This document shows positions 46,701 through 61,000 of a stretch of DNA of 64,000 nucleotides, piece after piece. The position numbers and the translations under genes were made by a program. The stretch comes from Sphaeroforma arctica JP610 (taxonomy: Eukaryota): the NCBI RefSeq assembly GCF_001186125.1, contig NW_014040504.1, forward strand, positions 58,864 to 122,863, given 5' to 3'. The stretch's first letter is position 1; each line of letters begins with the position of its first letter. The notes beneath the pieces were generated by a model, which saw only the letters and a program-made list of their open reading frames with translations, did no database searches and was not told the origin of the DNA.

Positions 46701-49700
46701 GTCTGTCACACACACACTCGAATTGCCATCTCCCAAACACCGCTCAAAGCCGGCTCGGCATCCAGTTGCCGGGCGACAAGCTGTATGTGCGAAGGGGTTT
46801 AGGGTTTAGGGTTCTATGGAGTGATGGGAGATAAGAAATCGAGACAGCATGACTATGTAAGAATGAAAGACATCGCTATCGTACAACGAAGTGCTTTACC
46901 CCAGCGACTGTAGACACATGGAAGCATCCACACACGGGTGTACACCAAAACAAAGCTTGTATGGCGTTATACAGATACAGATACATAGACACATGCATGT
47001 ACATATACTACCTACCTAGACACGTCGAGTTAGGCAGAAGGATACTGTTGAAGAAGCCTGGGTCACACTCGCCCTGCAGACACGAACTGAAGGATCCGTC
47101 TGTGCACAGCGTGCTGTTCTGTTGACACGCAGGTGTGGGCGAGCACTCTGCAGACGGACAAGTGTTTGCAAAGTTCAGTACGTGCAAAGGATATTGTTGG
47201 GGTGTATAAGTGTTGACAAAGTTTGATACGTGTAACGGATATTGATGTTGGTGTATTAGTGTTCACAACGTTTGGTACGGGTATGATTAACGGCTTGGGT
47301 GGATTAGGAATCACGCACGTTAGTATTGGAAAGTGTGGTGTGACGGCTTCATAGACCTGAAGCAAACTCGAGGTTGGCTTGATTGGGATCAGAGAGCACA
47401 CGCACATTGAATAGCAGGAAGGACACATCACACGGCTACTTCTTTAGCTACATACGAAGTGAGATACGTTTCATTCAGCCGATAGAAAGGTTCGGTACAA
47501 CCGAACACAGAGACAGCATATGGATTGCCACACCTCACATCCAAAACACACACATTTTCTGGAGCGAATCAACGTGTACAAGGGAACTACTCTGGAAACG
47601 TGCACATTATGAGAGGGGTTACAAAATAAAGTATATATCTGAAGCATGAATCTTAAGGATAGTGCTAGTTTAAGGGCTTCTAACCCTACAACCCAGTCAG
47701 TATCTGTACGCTACGATAGTAACAGTACCTTTGCACAGTCCGCGCAGATCGAGGAACGACCCGGTTTCACATTCAATACACTGACTTCCAGTACAACTGG
47801 AGCAGTGTAACCCAAACTCACTGCAGGCTGTGAGGACGAAAGAGTTCGGTATCGATTGAGTAACAAATGTGGAATTGAGATGCGCTTCTACATATATATA
47901 TATAGTACTAAACGAAGACGTCTCAAACCCTCCCGCCAATCTGCTTTATACCTCAGCAGAGACGCTCGGAGTTATCTCTGTATAGCGAATACAAACACTA
48001 CTTTCGTATTGCATATGCATTGCGGGTAACCGAGACAGCACCTTGAATATCAACCAGTTATTTAGATAGTCAGCTAGTTTGTGAATGAGTTATATAGATA
48101 TCCGACATACAGACGAGTGAACGTATACTTACAGAAGCACATGCCCGTTTCGGGGTCAGTGGAGAAGCCGTCGCCACAGTCGATGCACATCTCACTGTCA
48201 CATTCGAAACACGTGGTACCGCTATCACCAGGAAGATCAAACTGCGCACACGCTACAGTAGCCAATTGAAGGAGAAAAGGGGTGAGAATATTAACCGTAA
48301 GACACACGCTATAAGCCAATTAAAGAGGAAGGGTGAGACTATGAACCATAAGACCACGCTATAAGCCAATTAAAGAGGAAAAGGTGAGATTATGAACCAT
48401 AAGACCACGCTATAAGCCAATTAAAGAGGAAATGGTGAGGTTTTGAGCCATAAGACAAGCGAGGCAAAGTTCCGGAGCTAGTGTATCGGCATCGGCCGCG
48501 TGCATGGGCCTAACAGCTCGTAGACTAACTTTGGGGTCTGTACCATCGACACCCAAATATATCTACCACACACGCGTGAGCAGGTACACGTGTATACATG
48601 CGAACGCACCCAGAACCCATTGCCATCTACTTACATCGACAGACACCCGGACTGTCTTCATCCTCTCCATCGACATAAAAACCAGGTTCACATCCGCCCT
48701 GGTCACACAGCGCGATGTTGGATACGCATATGGTTTTTCCCACCGCACAGTTGCTCGCAAATCCGCACGTGGGGACGGGGATCACTGAAGGGTTTGGACT
48801 GGGAGCGGCTGAGGTGACGGTCACTACGACTGTCTCCAGGATAGACTCGGTCGACGTCGAGGTGGTGGTGGTAGGGCCCAGGAATGTGTTCTATAAATAG
48901 AACAGGGAGTGGGGGAGCGCGGGGAAAGGAGTTCGGTAGGCGGTTTAAATACGATGGTATTGAATGGCAGGTGTGGACACAAAGGGGTGGCGGCAGGTGG
49001 AGCAAGAATTGTGGGGTATATATGTCATATTTAGAGTATAGGGTTTTAGCGGGTAAGGGTTTAAGTGTCGCGTAACAAGAAGTAAAGCGGGCTCGAGACA
49101 TCTTACCGTCTCAAAATGTGAAGCAATCGTGAGGTTGGACGCTAGGCAAACGAACGAACGAACGAATATATATATATATACATTTATATTCTATTTTGAG
49201 CCCATCGCAAGAGTTGATGAGACGGTGTTAATAGAGCGCGCTTTAGTAGCTTGACGCATTCGGATTGGGAGCCCGGGGACCCATACTTGCTTGCACCTAC
49301 TGAGATATACTATTCATGTGTCTATGTGATATGTATTGTGCATGTCCATGTAATATATATGGTATATGTGTATATGTAATATAAATTGTGTATGGATATA
49401 TATTGTGTATGTCCATGTAATATGTATAATTTTGTGTATATGTAATATATAATGGCTGTGTCTATGTGATGTTACTTGTACCTAGTTACACGTACTGTGT
49501 GGTACTATCCATGTGTCTATTTTAGACCCAGAACTTTAGTGGTGTTGTGAGAGGTGGGCCATTGCGGCTGTGAGTACTGATACATCCTGCCCGTATTGTC
49601 AACAGCTCTTCTTCTCAGTGTGACGTGCACACAATTCGATGACTTCATATCAAATTGTCGCCTACGAACATAGCTGACACGTTTACGTTTACGAACACAG

Positions 49701-52004
49701 GATCCGCTGCGAAATACGTTTATATATCCCCCGCGACATTCCCAGTGTGGATATGTATCTGCCATTCATTTACGTTTTTCAACCGACCGCATATCGAGGT
49801 TTGCTACAGAAGACGCATCGTTTCTCTATTTGTGCAACGAGTATCGTAAACGTATACGTAGAAGCCAATGATTGCATTTACAAGCTGCATATAAACACGG
49901 ACACACACCTGTACGATTGTTGATGTTACTCCGCCGACGACTGTTACAGACGTTCCAGATCTGTGGACGAGAAGAAACAAGAAGTGTGTGCTTGTGTGTG
50001 TGATATGTATATATACATTTATATGCATATGTATGTGTGTGGATGTGTGTGTGTGTGTGGGGTGGAGGGGTTGAATAACAAGAAGTTAACAAGAATTGAG
50101 GGGGGTGATTGGTAAGAGATAGTCACAGGAAGAAAGGAAAACGGGCCTACGACTCTTGGCGTATTGAAGTTGTCGTGTGTTCACCTGAAGGTGAGTAGAG
50201 TAACCAGCGCGGCATAAGCAAAAGCCTACCGTGGGTAGTACTGTCAACTGCATCCACACCATAACAACATCTCTGACTACAACTCCCAACCATGCAGACA
50301 ACAGATGCAGCAACCGCAAGATGCCGCTTCGCGGCTGGTATCTACACTAAGGCTCCTTTAGAGTACAGATATTAAACAAGAAAAAGCGGTTCAATCCATT
50401 AACTCCCCCCCTCGACACTTCGCCTGGGGACGTGTCCAGTACGTGTCAAATAGGACACGAGAATGAGTATGGGTTGCTACTAGCAGGTGCTTTGCTTGGT
50501 TGCTACTTATCAGGTTTAGCTAGGGTGAGTCGGCGTGCACAGTCACCTGACTAAGTGTGTATATGTTATATTGTACGGTTTGAAATACTTATCTTTTCTT
50601 GTTAGTGTTGGGACGGTGGTTTAAGATGATGGGGAACCGAGCGCATATAACCTAGATTTATACCGCATATAACATAGACTTGTATCGCATATAATCTAGA
50701 CTTACATCGAATATAACCCAGACATATATCGCATATAATCTAGAATTACATCACATATAACCTAGACTTATATCGCATATAGCCTAGACCTATATTGCAT
50801 ATAGTCTAGACTTATATCGCATACAACCTAGACATCGCATATAGCCTAGACTTAAATCGCATATAGCCTAGACTTCTATGGTATATAGCCTAGACTTCTA
50901 TGGTATATAGCCTAGACTTCGCATATAGCCTAGACTTATATGGTATATAGCCTAGACTTCTATGGTATATAGCCTAGACTTAAATCGCATATAGCGCAGA
51001 CTTAAATCGCATATAGCCTAGACTTATATCACAAATAGCCTAGACCTTTGCATACAACCTAGACGTATATCGCATTAAACTAGACTTCTATCGCATACAA
51101 CCTAGACTTCTATCGCATATTATAACATCATCTTATCAATATACTAGCATGCCGGAGGGAACGCTAAAATGCAACAAATGTTATATTGTCATATGCGTGC
51201 ACGAATGTGGGCGTGTAGTTAGGCCTGTTAAGGTTGCACCGTGAGTAGTACTCATACGGTTCAATACATAGCACGCACAGTTTGCATGCGTATGGATATA
51301 CATCAACCATCTAGAATAAATGACAGACAGTACCTATGGGTCGGATTGTGTGCGAGTACGGCTTGTGTGATTACAGGACAAATGCAGAAACAGGTGTAAG
51401 ATGCACCTGTCTATACGTTTGGACAAATGTAGAAATACGTGTACACACATTTGGACAAATACAGAAATAGGTTTACACACGTTTGGACAAATACAGAGTT
51501 AGGTAAAAGATGCCCCTTTCTACACGTTTGGATAAATACAGAAATAGGTAAAAGATGGGTTTATTTGTGTATATCGGGACACAAAATGGCAATAAAGACG
51601 ACAGTGCAGATACATTCGATATCTAACACCCCATCACAAGTATGGATATACGGATACTAAGTACCTTCAGCCATATATCTTTGTGAGTCCAGTATATACC
51701 TAGGTGTGGGCCGGTCAATAGCCTACTATAACTCTATAACCGAAGTCGCAAGTTACACTTATCAACTGCCCAGTGTTATATTCATTCACGAAAACTAAAA
51801 CCTTGTATCTCAGATTGTGCGGTATTATCGCGATCGGATGATTTCCATATACATAAGCTTACATACATACACACACACACACACACACCTACATATATAT
51901 ACATATACATGTATACACACATACCTAATATATATATATATATATACAAACGTATATGCATGTAGGTATCTTCATATATACATACATACCTACCTACACA
52001 CACG

Positions 52005-52038
<34 letters not shown>

Positions 52039-52462
52039 AATATATATGATAATAATTACATATGTGTATATACAACTCAATACTCCATGTTACTTATATG
52101 TACACATGGAGTATGCTCGCCAAGGCGCAAAGTTATATACATATTAACGAACGTTCAGCTTCGTGTATGTAGAGTATTCAGCGAGAACTCTATGTGAGAT
52201 GCTCCCGCATTCACTACATGCAAAGCAATACAGCAAACCCTTCAAACAACAATTTAAGATTGAATATGCGCGTAACGTACACTGTGATAGTTGTTGTGCC
52301 TGTCGCCGGGAAACCCGTGAATTGTGTAGTGGTAGAAGTTGTGATCGGCTGCGTGTCCGTCGATGTAACTGTGACTGATGCCGTAGTAAACTGTATCTGT
52401 GCCGAAACGCTCGACGCTAGCGAGCACATCAATAGCCCAGCAACGTTCCCAAGCTTGACCAT
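37783..52462 (-). CDS. Large secreted cysteine-rich protein A (Thr-rich N-terminus, CxxC/furin-like repeats, SEA-like modules, TNFR-like repeats), about 23 exons
   Basis: Exon 1 (52281-52462) encodes the signal peptide MVKLGNVAGLLMCSLASSVSAQ and splices in phase to 49909-49960. Cys-rich exons follow near 48.6-48.9, 48.1-48.25, 47.7-47.8, 47.0-47.15, 46.7, 44.9-45.1, 44.5-44.7, 44.05-44.2, 42.2-42.3, 41.55-41.7, 40.0-40.15, 39.5-39.7 and 38.9-39.15 kb. Non-Cys modules lie at 46.0-46.2, 45.5-45.6, 43.6-43.8 and 42.65-42.9 kb. The last exon (37783-37913) encodes VDGQKIKIKRR...KED-stop. Confidence 0.82.
43105..43290. repeat. Intronic tandem repeat, ~43-bp unit, 4-5 copies
   Basis: CTGGTGTATTGCTGGCACAAGGCTATTGTTAGTCAATTCGTGTTA-like unit. 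Confidence 0.85.
48250..48455. repeat. Intronic tandem repeat, ~51-bp unit, about 4 copies, overlapping a splice acceptor
   Basis: CACGCTATAAGCCAATTAAAGAGGAAGGGTGAGACTATGAACCATAAGAC-like unit. Confidence 0.85.
50641..51120. repeat. Minisatellite, ~21-bp unit, >20 copies, in intron 1 of protein A
   Basis: GCATATAGCCTAGACTTATATC variants arranged head-to-tail with no spacers. Confidence 0.93.
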
Positions 52463-54384
52463 GGTTACTTTTTGTGTCTATATACTCATACAATTTGCGA
52501 GTTGGGAACAGTAGCTGTGTTGATGCTACCTATGAGGATGATATAAGTTGAGGTGACAGATGCAAGCCCAATAGCTCTTGTGAACTGTGTGTATGGAGCT
52601 TACATATGTAGTACAATGGTACTCCTCACCGTTGGCAGCCAACGTTGCTAAAAAAGTTTTGATAAAGCTCAATATGCCTTGTGGATATAACAATGATATA
52701 TGAGGTATCTAATACCAAAACCACGATAATTCGTGATTGTATTTACACGAAGATATTGGTGGATGACGTTCCGATTCAGGAATAATAGAGGCTTTCCCCC
52801 ACAAAGCCGAAACCTACACAAGACGTTCAGTATAATGAATAATAATAATAACTATTGTTGCCAATGGGGATCATTGGAAGTCCTAAATACAACACGACGG
52901 TGGAACGAAAGTTACACAGTTCTACTTTCCTCGCCCACAGATACGTCCGAGTGCTTCAGGCTCTGGACTGGGTCTCGTATTTTTCAACCGGAGGATTTAT
53001 TTTACGACACAAAAGTTTCATATAAAAATAAATTGTGGTGTATAGCTGATATGATTGGTGGACAAGAATAGCACGGAAATCGTCTTGACAACAAAACGAA
53101 GAAATTCAATTTTTTTAACATCGTTCAAATCAGTTCCGACTTCCAATGGAAAAGCGCGGGTCTTGCACAGTGAAACTCTCGTGTGTCTATACAGCCAACT
53201 CAGACCGAATCAGCAAAATTTCAGGAACATTTATGAAGAATACTTTGGGACCAATAATCGTCCGTTGGACTAAGTCCTAAAATTTCAGGATACTTAGTAC
53301 AAAATATGGCCTCGCTCTAGTAGATGCGAACGTAGAAGGTACTTGTTACGAGCTAAATATCCTAACAAAGTCCTAAACCCGTTTTCAAAGAACGGGTTCC
53401 AATTTTGTGGGCGGAAAGTCCAGGTCCCGAGAGGCCCATAGCAACAGAAACGTTGCGACGGCGACTATATATACATTTTTTTAATACACCAGTACAGTTT
53501 TATACGGAAAAAGATTCAATACAAAATCGGGAATGGAAATTTATAGGCCCCAGAGCGCCCAGACCTCTGTGTACTATTTACCAGCAGTGAGTACTTGCGC
53601 AAAATAAGGAACAAGAACTGTTCCACAAAGCGAAGAGAAGAAGCCAACCGCTGCAAGACCCAGCGCACACAGCCCCACACTCCACTGTGTAAATATATAA
53701 CAAATCGAGGATTGAGAATTGGGAGTGATACCAATTTATCGATAGGAGCGGTAAGTCTAACTGTCTGTGCGCGTGTAACTGACTCTGACTGAGTGTTTAT
53801 ATACTTTCGTGTCACCAACTCTCTGAGAAGGAATTAGGATTATCATTGGAGTGGGGTCAGGAATTCCTCCACAGAGCACTGAGGAGTATTCAATAGCGCA
53901 GCTTAAAGGAAACTGCGGGTACACTGTGTTAGTAGTACTACAGCAAGGGCATTCCAGCGTATGCATCAACGCAGACGTCCACAGGCACTTGCTTAGCACT
54001 TCGGAACACTCTTATATATTTGGTATGAACTGCTCAAGCAGGCACCTGGACTCTAGACGCAAGTACATAGGGTGCCACGTGTGTATACACGGGCAAATAG
54101 TTTTGCAATCAGACAACCAATACTTCGGCTCGAGCGTGTGAGGTACAAGTACGCTTAAGCAATAGACATATAAGCGGAAGATGGTACACACAGCATGAAC
54201 ATGGACACAGAGATAGGAATATGTTTAAATAGGCAAGATCACTTCAGTAACTGGATGGGCCGCGTAGTTCCCCCTCTTCAATACAATGTTAAGAATCTAG
54301 AGCTGAACACACCTAGTACTGAGGAAGCACAGTTCATGCTGATCAAGAAAGAACATTCGGAATACAAACACTTTATCAGGCTCA

Positions 54385-54453
54385 CACACATATATATATA
54401 TATATAAACACAGCACAAACAGACACACACACAAATGTACACACGCACTGACA

Positions 54454-54485
<32 letters not shown>

Positions 54486-54570
54486 NNNNNNNNNNNNNNN
54501 NNNNNTAACTAATCACATACAGTAGTACATAATATACACACTATATATATNTATNTAGTATATATATATA

Positions 54571-54607
<37 letters not shown>

Positions 54608-54683
54608 CATTTGTATACCCAAACTTGTACGATATATATATATATATATATATGTATTTATGTATATATTCTCATGCATATAT

Positions 54684-54715
<32 letters not shown>

Positions 54716-54840
54716 TTACGCTTATATATGTATTTATATATATATATATGTATACATATATATATATGTATATATATTTATATTTATATGTATATATAAT
54801 ATATATTATATAATATATATATGTATATATATATATATAT
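54385..54840. repeat. (CA)n/(TA)n block with assembly gap (N 54486-54505)
   Basis: Directly visible; lies between the two divergent Cys-rich genes. Confidence 0.95.
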
Positions 54841-55045
54841 GCTAGAATACACATTGACAAGTTTTATATTCTAAATCCCGGCTCTTGTTAACTTCCTCGC
54901 AGGTCTACGTCCATCTTAGTAATCCGCCAATCCTGCACCAACATCCACATCCAATGTGCAGTTAGTGCTGTGTGTATAGCTCTATAACACTAGTTGGATT
55001 CAGTTTACCGCATTATCTGTGGACTGCTTCTCCAAACATACAACC

Positions 55046-58000
55046 ATGAAGTTGAGATCGATTCTGTTCGGCGCCGGGCTGACCGCGTTGGTGAACGCAC
55101 AGGTATGTCGACTGTCCAGTTCGAAGTGTATGCACGTGCGTAATTGGTACCATCATTCGTTCACCACATACACCTTTGTATAAATATCAATAGGTATTCG
55201 AGTTTCCGTTGATACGTTTTCATGCACGATTGTGCATGTCTATATCTGGTTCTGGCTTGCCATGAACCATGCCTACTACATCAACTAATCTATGCCACCA
55301 ATCATATCCCCTTTACTGCTCCATATGCTACGACAGTTCCCAGTGTTTACAACTGACGCTCAGGCTGAGATACCTACAACCACCGCCGTTGTCTTCAACC
55401 CGTTTGATACCGTTGCCACAGACGCTGTCACTGATGGTGTCAACCCCTTCGTTTCAAGTATGGCGGTCTATGGGAATCTTTGAGTCGTCTAGGCAACTCG
55501 CTCGCTTGCATCCCTATCCCTAGGGTTTTAGGCTAAACCCCTATCCCTAGTATCGTGCCAAGAGTTCAACCCTGGTTCCTAAATGTTCATTGAGCTCGAG
55601 CATTTTCTTTTGCTGGCTCAATTCCTATTCCTAAACTTCACATCCGTCTGTTGTATTCACACAATATAGATGCGGTAGTTACGAGTTTAGCGACAGGTTT
55701 GGATGGAGTGGTCATCACCATTGTAGTGGACCCACTGAACCCGGACGCCACCTTACTGTCTTCAGGTGTGTTGGCCCAAACCCTGCAACCCTAAGCTTGG
55801 CAGTAATTATAGGCAAGCATCCTAGAATGTTTCTAAAATTATAATATTCATACCTACTAGTGCATTTCAATAACGCTCTCAACTTCTGTACTCTCCAGAT
55901 TTGCTGCCGTCAGAATTACCAGGTTTCGAAATTACAAGAGGTATGTTGGTCTGGCCAGAAACAATACCATGAATCGTCTTGAAGGCCGCGATAACAAACA
56001 TGTACAGTTAATGGAATACAGAGAAATGGTGATAAATGCATACGCATTTGTTTGCCTATCCGTATATATATATATATATATATGTACATACACATACATA
56101 TATTGTGATAGAAGGTCCGACTAAGCATGTATTCTCACTTTTCGTCCGAAATACTGAATACACATTGCGCTTGGGGTTGTACACCGATCCTTGTGTTATG
56201 CTTAGCTTTGTGTTAGAAGCGACAGCACAATGTCTTTCCTGGCAGCTCTGAACGATCTGTTTTTGCATTAGGCAGAACGCATCATCTGTTGACCATAAAG
56301 TACTGCCATATAGTACGACTAAGGCAACCACGACTTCTGTTAACATATAAACACACTCAACGAAAGGCTTCTTTGACCGAATTAACGACAACAATGTATG
56401 TTTCTTTTTTCTGTCCTAGGATGCCCGGCGGGAGAGTTTTACGACGAGATTAACGACAGATGCGGTAGCTGTGCTAGGCAACACCCCGGATGTGATCTGT
56501 GTACAGCTGATCTGTGTTTCCAGTGCAATCTGCTCAACTACTTAGACTTGACTTCGAATCTATGTATACGTAAGTTTTATATGTACACAAAAAGCTGTGT
56601 GGGTATATGAACGTTGTGTACGTCTGTATGAGTCGTAAGTGTATGTGACGTGTACACAAAAGGTGTGTAGGTGTATGTGAGTCATATATTTGTATAATAT
56701 GTGCACAAAAGCTGTGTAGGTGTATATGAGTCTTATATCTATAGGATATGTAGACAAAAGTTGTGTACGTCTAAGTGTGTCGTCGCACATATACATATGT
56801 ACGTTGGCCTTGAATGCATAGCTCACATAGCTAGTGCCTCACTACCAGACGACGAGTTAGAGTCTATCCACGGTCGCCCATTGGTCACCATTCCGTTTGT
56901 CAAGTCACTGCACCTGTTGCACTGCTTGTTCTTTTATAACTTCCGCTTCACACTGCTCGTCGCTCGATTGCTCACGCTGCTATATTAAACACGTGTTTCC
57001 TCGCAGTTGTAAGGTTTTAGGGTTGTTCCCATCACCTGAGCTCTGTAGCTATAGCAACCGCCACTGGTTGTCCAGGGTTTTCACCGATCCCCTAACCCTA
57101 ATCTCACCCACTGTGACCGTTCACCTCTGTCCACAACAGCGTGTACCGTCTACGGCCCAACGTGTTCCTTCTGCTCATCCACTCAGTGCAACACGTGTGG
57201 CAGCTTCAATTACTTCAACGCCACCGAAGGCCTGTGTGCAAGTAAGTCCCACGGCCTACCGATCGGTGTGGTAATAAGATAGTCTCAGTGCTGTAAAAAA
57301 GATACGGTTTGTAACGTTTTCAGAGCTATACATTCTGTTTGCAAAATTTCGTGGTCCGTTAAAGTCACTACACGACATGTTTTGGCCAAACGGCACCGTT
57401 TAACGTCCAGCCTAAGTTGGTCCCGAACCCAGAATTGGGTTGGTTGTTCTCAGAAACCGTTAACGCTTTGTTCGCCTATAAACCCTCTCGTTATACATTG
57501 GAGGTGTCCTAATTGATTGCTGTTTTCTTTTCGTCTTCCACAGCTTGTGAGAAACCGGACAATTGTCCGATTGAAAACGCTATATGCCGCAACTCGACCT
57601 ATTCGGCTTGTAAGGCCGGTGGGTGTGATCGCGGCTTCTGGAACGATCCCCTCAAACTGTCGAGTGACTGTCAACGTAAGCAAGATATATACACACTCAC
57701 ATACACTCACATATATATATATATATATATATGGGAGTATAGATCTGTGCTAGTTTACTCGCCTTTCAATGGGTGTATCATACGCATACTCGATATGCCT
57801 TCTCACACCTACTACTCCTCTACACCCCCTTCACACACTAGCCTGCTCGGACCTCAATCTGGGCGAGGACTGTTCCGAGTGTTGGATTAACCCAGCCAAC
57901 TCTCGCGGTGAATGTCTCGACTGTGGCATCGGAAACTTCTTTGACATCTCCACAAACTCGTCGCAGCAGTGTGTGTGCCAGTGCGCTACGTGTCCAGAGG

Positions 58001-61000
58001 TAAGTCAGCAAGGGCCGAGTGGGCTGGACTATAAAGAGTTGGTTGTACTGCTGTAAGGGCTGAAAATGGATATACCTATATTTGTGCGTGCAGAAAACAT
58101 ATGTTGGTATAGCTATATTTGTGCGTGCGAATACCCTATAAGGATATCGCTATATTTGTGTGCGTAAATACTGTATATATATATACCTGTATCCGTGCGT
58201 GTATATACTATATATATATTAATATATATTTGTGTGAGTAAATGCGTGTGATGGAATCGGTCAGATTGTCGGTTGACGATTCTGGGGCCACCTCTTTGGT
58301 TGCCAGGAGCTTGCCCTTGTTTCTCTCGGAATTATCACACCGAAACAGTAAGGACGAATGTAAAATCCAAACCAACCACACCACAACCCGAATTACCAAG
58401 GCCTTTGCACCCCACAGCCCGAAATATCAAGACTATATTCTAAACATTTTACTCTACACCTTTCGCACCCCACAACCCGAATTACCACGGCCTTATTCGA
58501 TACATTTTATTCTACGTCTTTTGCACCCCAGGCACCCGGATGCAACAACGGGTCGCAGATATGTGGATACACGGAGTCACAATTAGGGACCACAATATTC
58601 CAGCGGTTGGAATCGACCTGTCTGGCCGGACAGTGTCAGAAGTTCTTCCTAAATGAACTGAACACCTTCAACAGCACCTGTAACCGTAAGTCTCATGACT
58701 GCTGTTAATTGCAGGGGCTGTGTGGGTTGGGGGGGGGGGGGGGTTAGCATCGGTGTTGTGCAAGAATGTTCATGCATTCAAATTTGGTAGCAGACCAATG
58801 CTACTTCTATATATATATATATTCTGTCTAATGCCGATTATGTTCACCTTCCTGCCCCGCTCTCTCTAGTCACGCAAGTGCTGCTGGAAACCGATCTGCT
58901 ACCCAACCAGTTTACGCTGGATGAACTGATTTTGTTCGAAGACAATCTCCAGCGATATTTCTTCCCGCCAGGCACAGCCGCCAATACGCGCGCAACGTAT
59001 CCGTACGACTGCTATCCGGTCAAGGTACTATTTATATGACTTTGGGTGAAGGAAACACTCATATATCTATTACTAGTATGGTGGTGTTTTCTGGTCAACG
59101 TACCATTTATATGACTATGACTAAAGAAAACACTCATATATCTAATACATGTATAGTTTTGGTTTCCTGTCAAGTTTGTATTCATGTACCTATCACTGGT
59201 ACGACTGCGATACTCGTTTTGGTTTTTCTTCCTGGAACAATGTATGTCTAACAAGCACTAAATTTGGGTTGCTGTGAGCTAATCTTCAAAATGGAGGTCT
59301 CTCTGAGTACGCACACATACATATCCCACTTCACACGTCTCATAGCACAACCCACTTTGCATGCCCCATAATCTACACAAGACACACTCTCCAACGTACA
59401 TACACACATATATATCCCACTTCACACGAACACTCTCCCTGCGTAATCTCGGCATCCACCTACCACAGATTGCACCAGATCCGATGCGTGACAACCACCT
59501 GGACATAGCTATCACGTGTGGCAACGTAGCCAATCTACAAGCCATTGTCAACAACCTCACGGCCAGCATTGTCAGCGATCCCTTTGCGATGCCTATGTGT
59601 ATGATAGGTACGTACGCAAACACTGCCTCACAGTAAAATTTAATGTATGTATATAATATAAATGTAATATATATATATATAAATGTTCATACATACAATT
59701 CGAAATACCTGACCACCGCGTGCATCACGTATCATGATCACAGCTTTCCATCCCGTATATGTCAGTGTGTTTGTACTGGGCGCTGTCCTGATATAGTGTC
59801 CTCTCCATTTAAGTTACTACCACTCTATTCGTGCTATATCTAGCGCATTGAGAGAACATTGCTTATATATTTGTATATGGCATACCTTGCATCAGTGTGT
59901 TTGTAATGAGTACTCTCTTGATTAACGTTCCTCCACTTAATTTCCGCAGCGTAGCATTGTATTGTCCACCGCCTATGCAGATCACAAAACCCAAACCACC
60001 AAAACGTTTCATTTAATTGTTATACGGTCATGGTTTAGTGTGCACACAATTCGGAGCTTTGCATCTCATAAGCCTATGGCTTGCCCAGGGATTTTTTTTA
60101 ATGAGAGCCCCACGCACCTTAGTGATCGTAAATAGGAGTCCCGTCTCCGATTATCCCGACTTTTGAGTCGGTCTCATGTTGGGTTTTACTTTTTCGGCTT
60201 TTAGCCTTTTGATCCTTCTATATATAGATATGTATATATATATATATATATGTATATATACTCCTTCGGCTTTTAGGTCAGTCCCTCGTCCACTCGAGTA
60301 TTTAGTCATAAAATTGTTCAGTGTTATTTCTTGATTTTCTAATGTATACGTATCTTTGCTTTGCCTCCCATTACATTTACATTTGGCAGAGTGCTTCTAT
60401 TCGGTACAATTACCGTCACAGTATAGGCCGTATGGTTTCTATGAGCGACGGCTGTGCTTCAATTGTGATCCGATCGCCAACTGCGAATACCCTGGTAAGT
60501 GCCAATCCTGATTTTGAAACAAAACAACAATATTTTCCAAAATGCAAAATATAAATATATGAGGAAGGGTCTATAATCGGCAAGCCCTTTTGTTTTAGTT
60601 TGTGTATGGGGAGCGAAGAAGGAGGAGTGGGAGGCAGAAAAGCTCTATGAGCTCAATTCTTGTAGCAGGTTTAGTTCATGCGCTTTGATGTCCGATAAAT
60701 ACAAAGTACAGTGGTATTAGTATGAAAAGTAATGGTCAATGAGATGTTTGGCTGATCAGTGACCTGTGCCCATTCATCCGCATGTGCTGTTGCTGCATTA
60801 GGCTATTGCGATGGAGACCGTCGGCGGTCCAGTTGTGATCAATGCGAAGGTTCGTATTACAAACAGATTGAGTGGCCGCCATATGCCGATCGATGTTTAG
60901 AATGCACTCGAGCCGAAGGTTGTTCCTTGGAGAATACCAGGTATGTATGTATGTCTGTGCCAAGACTGCGTCATAGTTAACACCGGGTGTGTATGCATGT

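Noticed and set aside
50086..50340. Hydrophobic ORF MRLLHLLSAWLGVVV... as the signal-peptide exon of protein A
   Set aside because: It lacks an ATG start, whereas 52281-52462 gives a clear signal peptide that splices in phase to 49960 and parallels the N-terminus of protein B.
50641..51120. Regular ~21-bp repeats as a possible CRISPR array
   Set aside because: Units are head-to-tail with no unique spacers, are degenerate and intronic, and there are no cas genes. It is a minisatellite.
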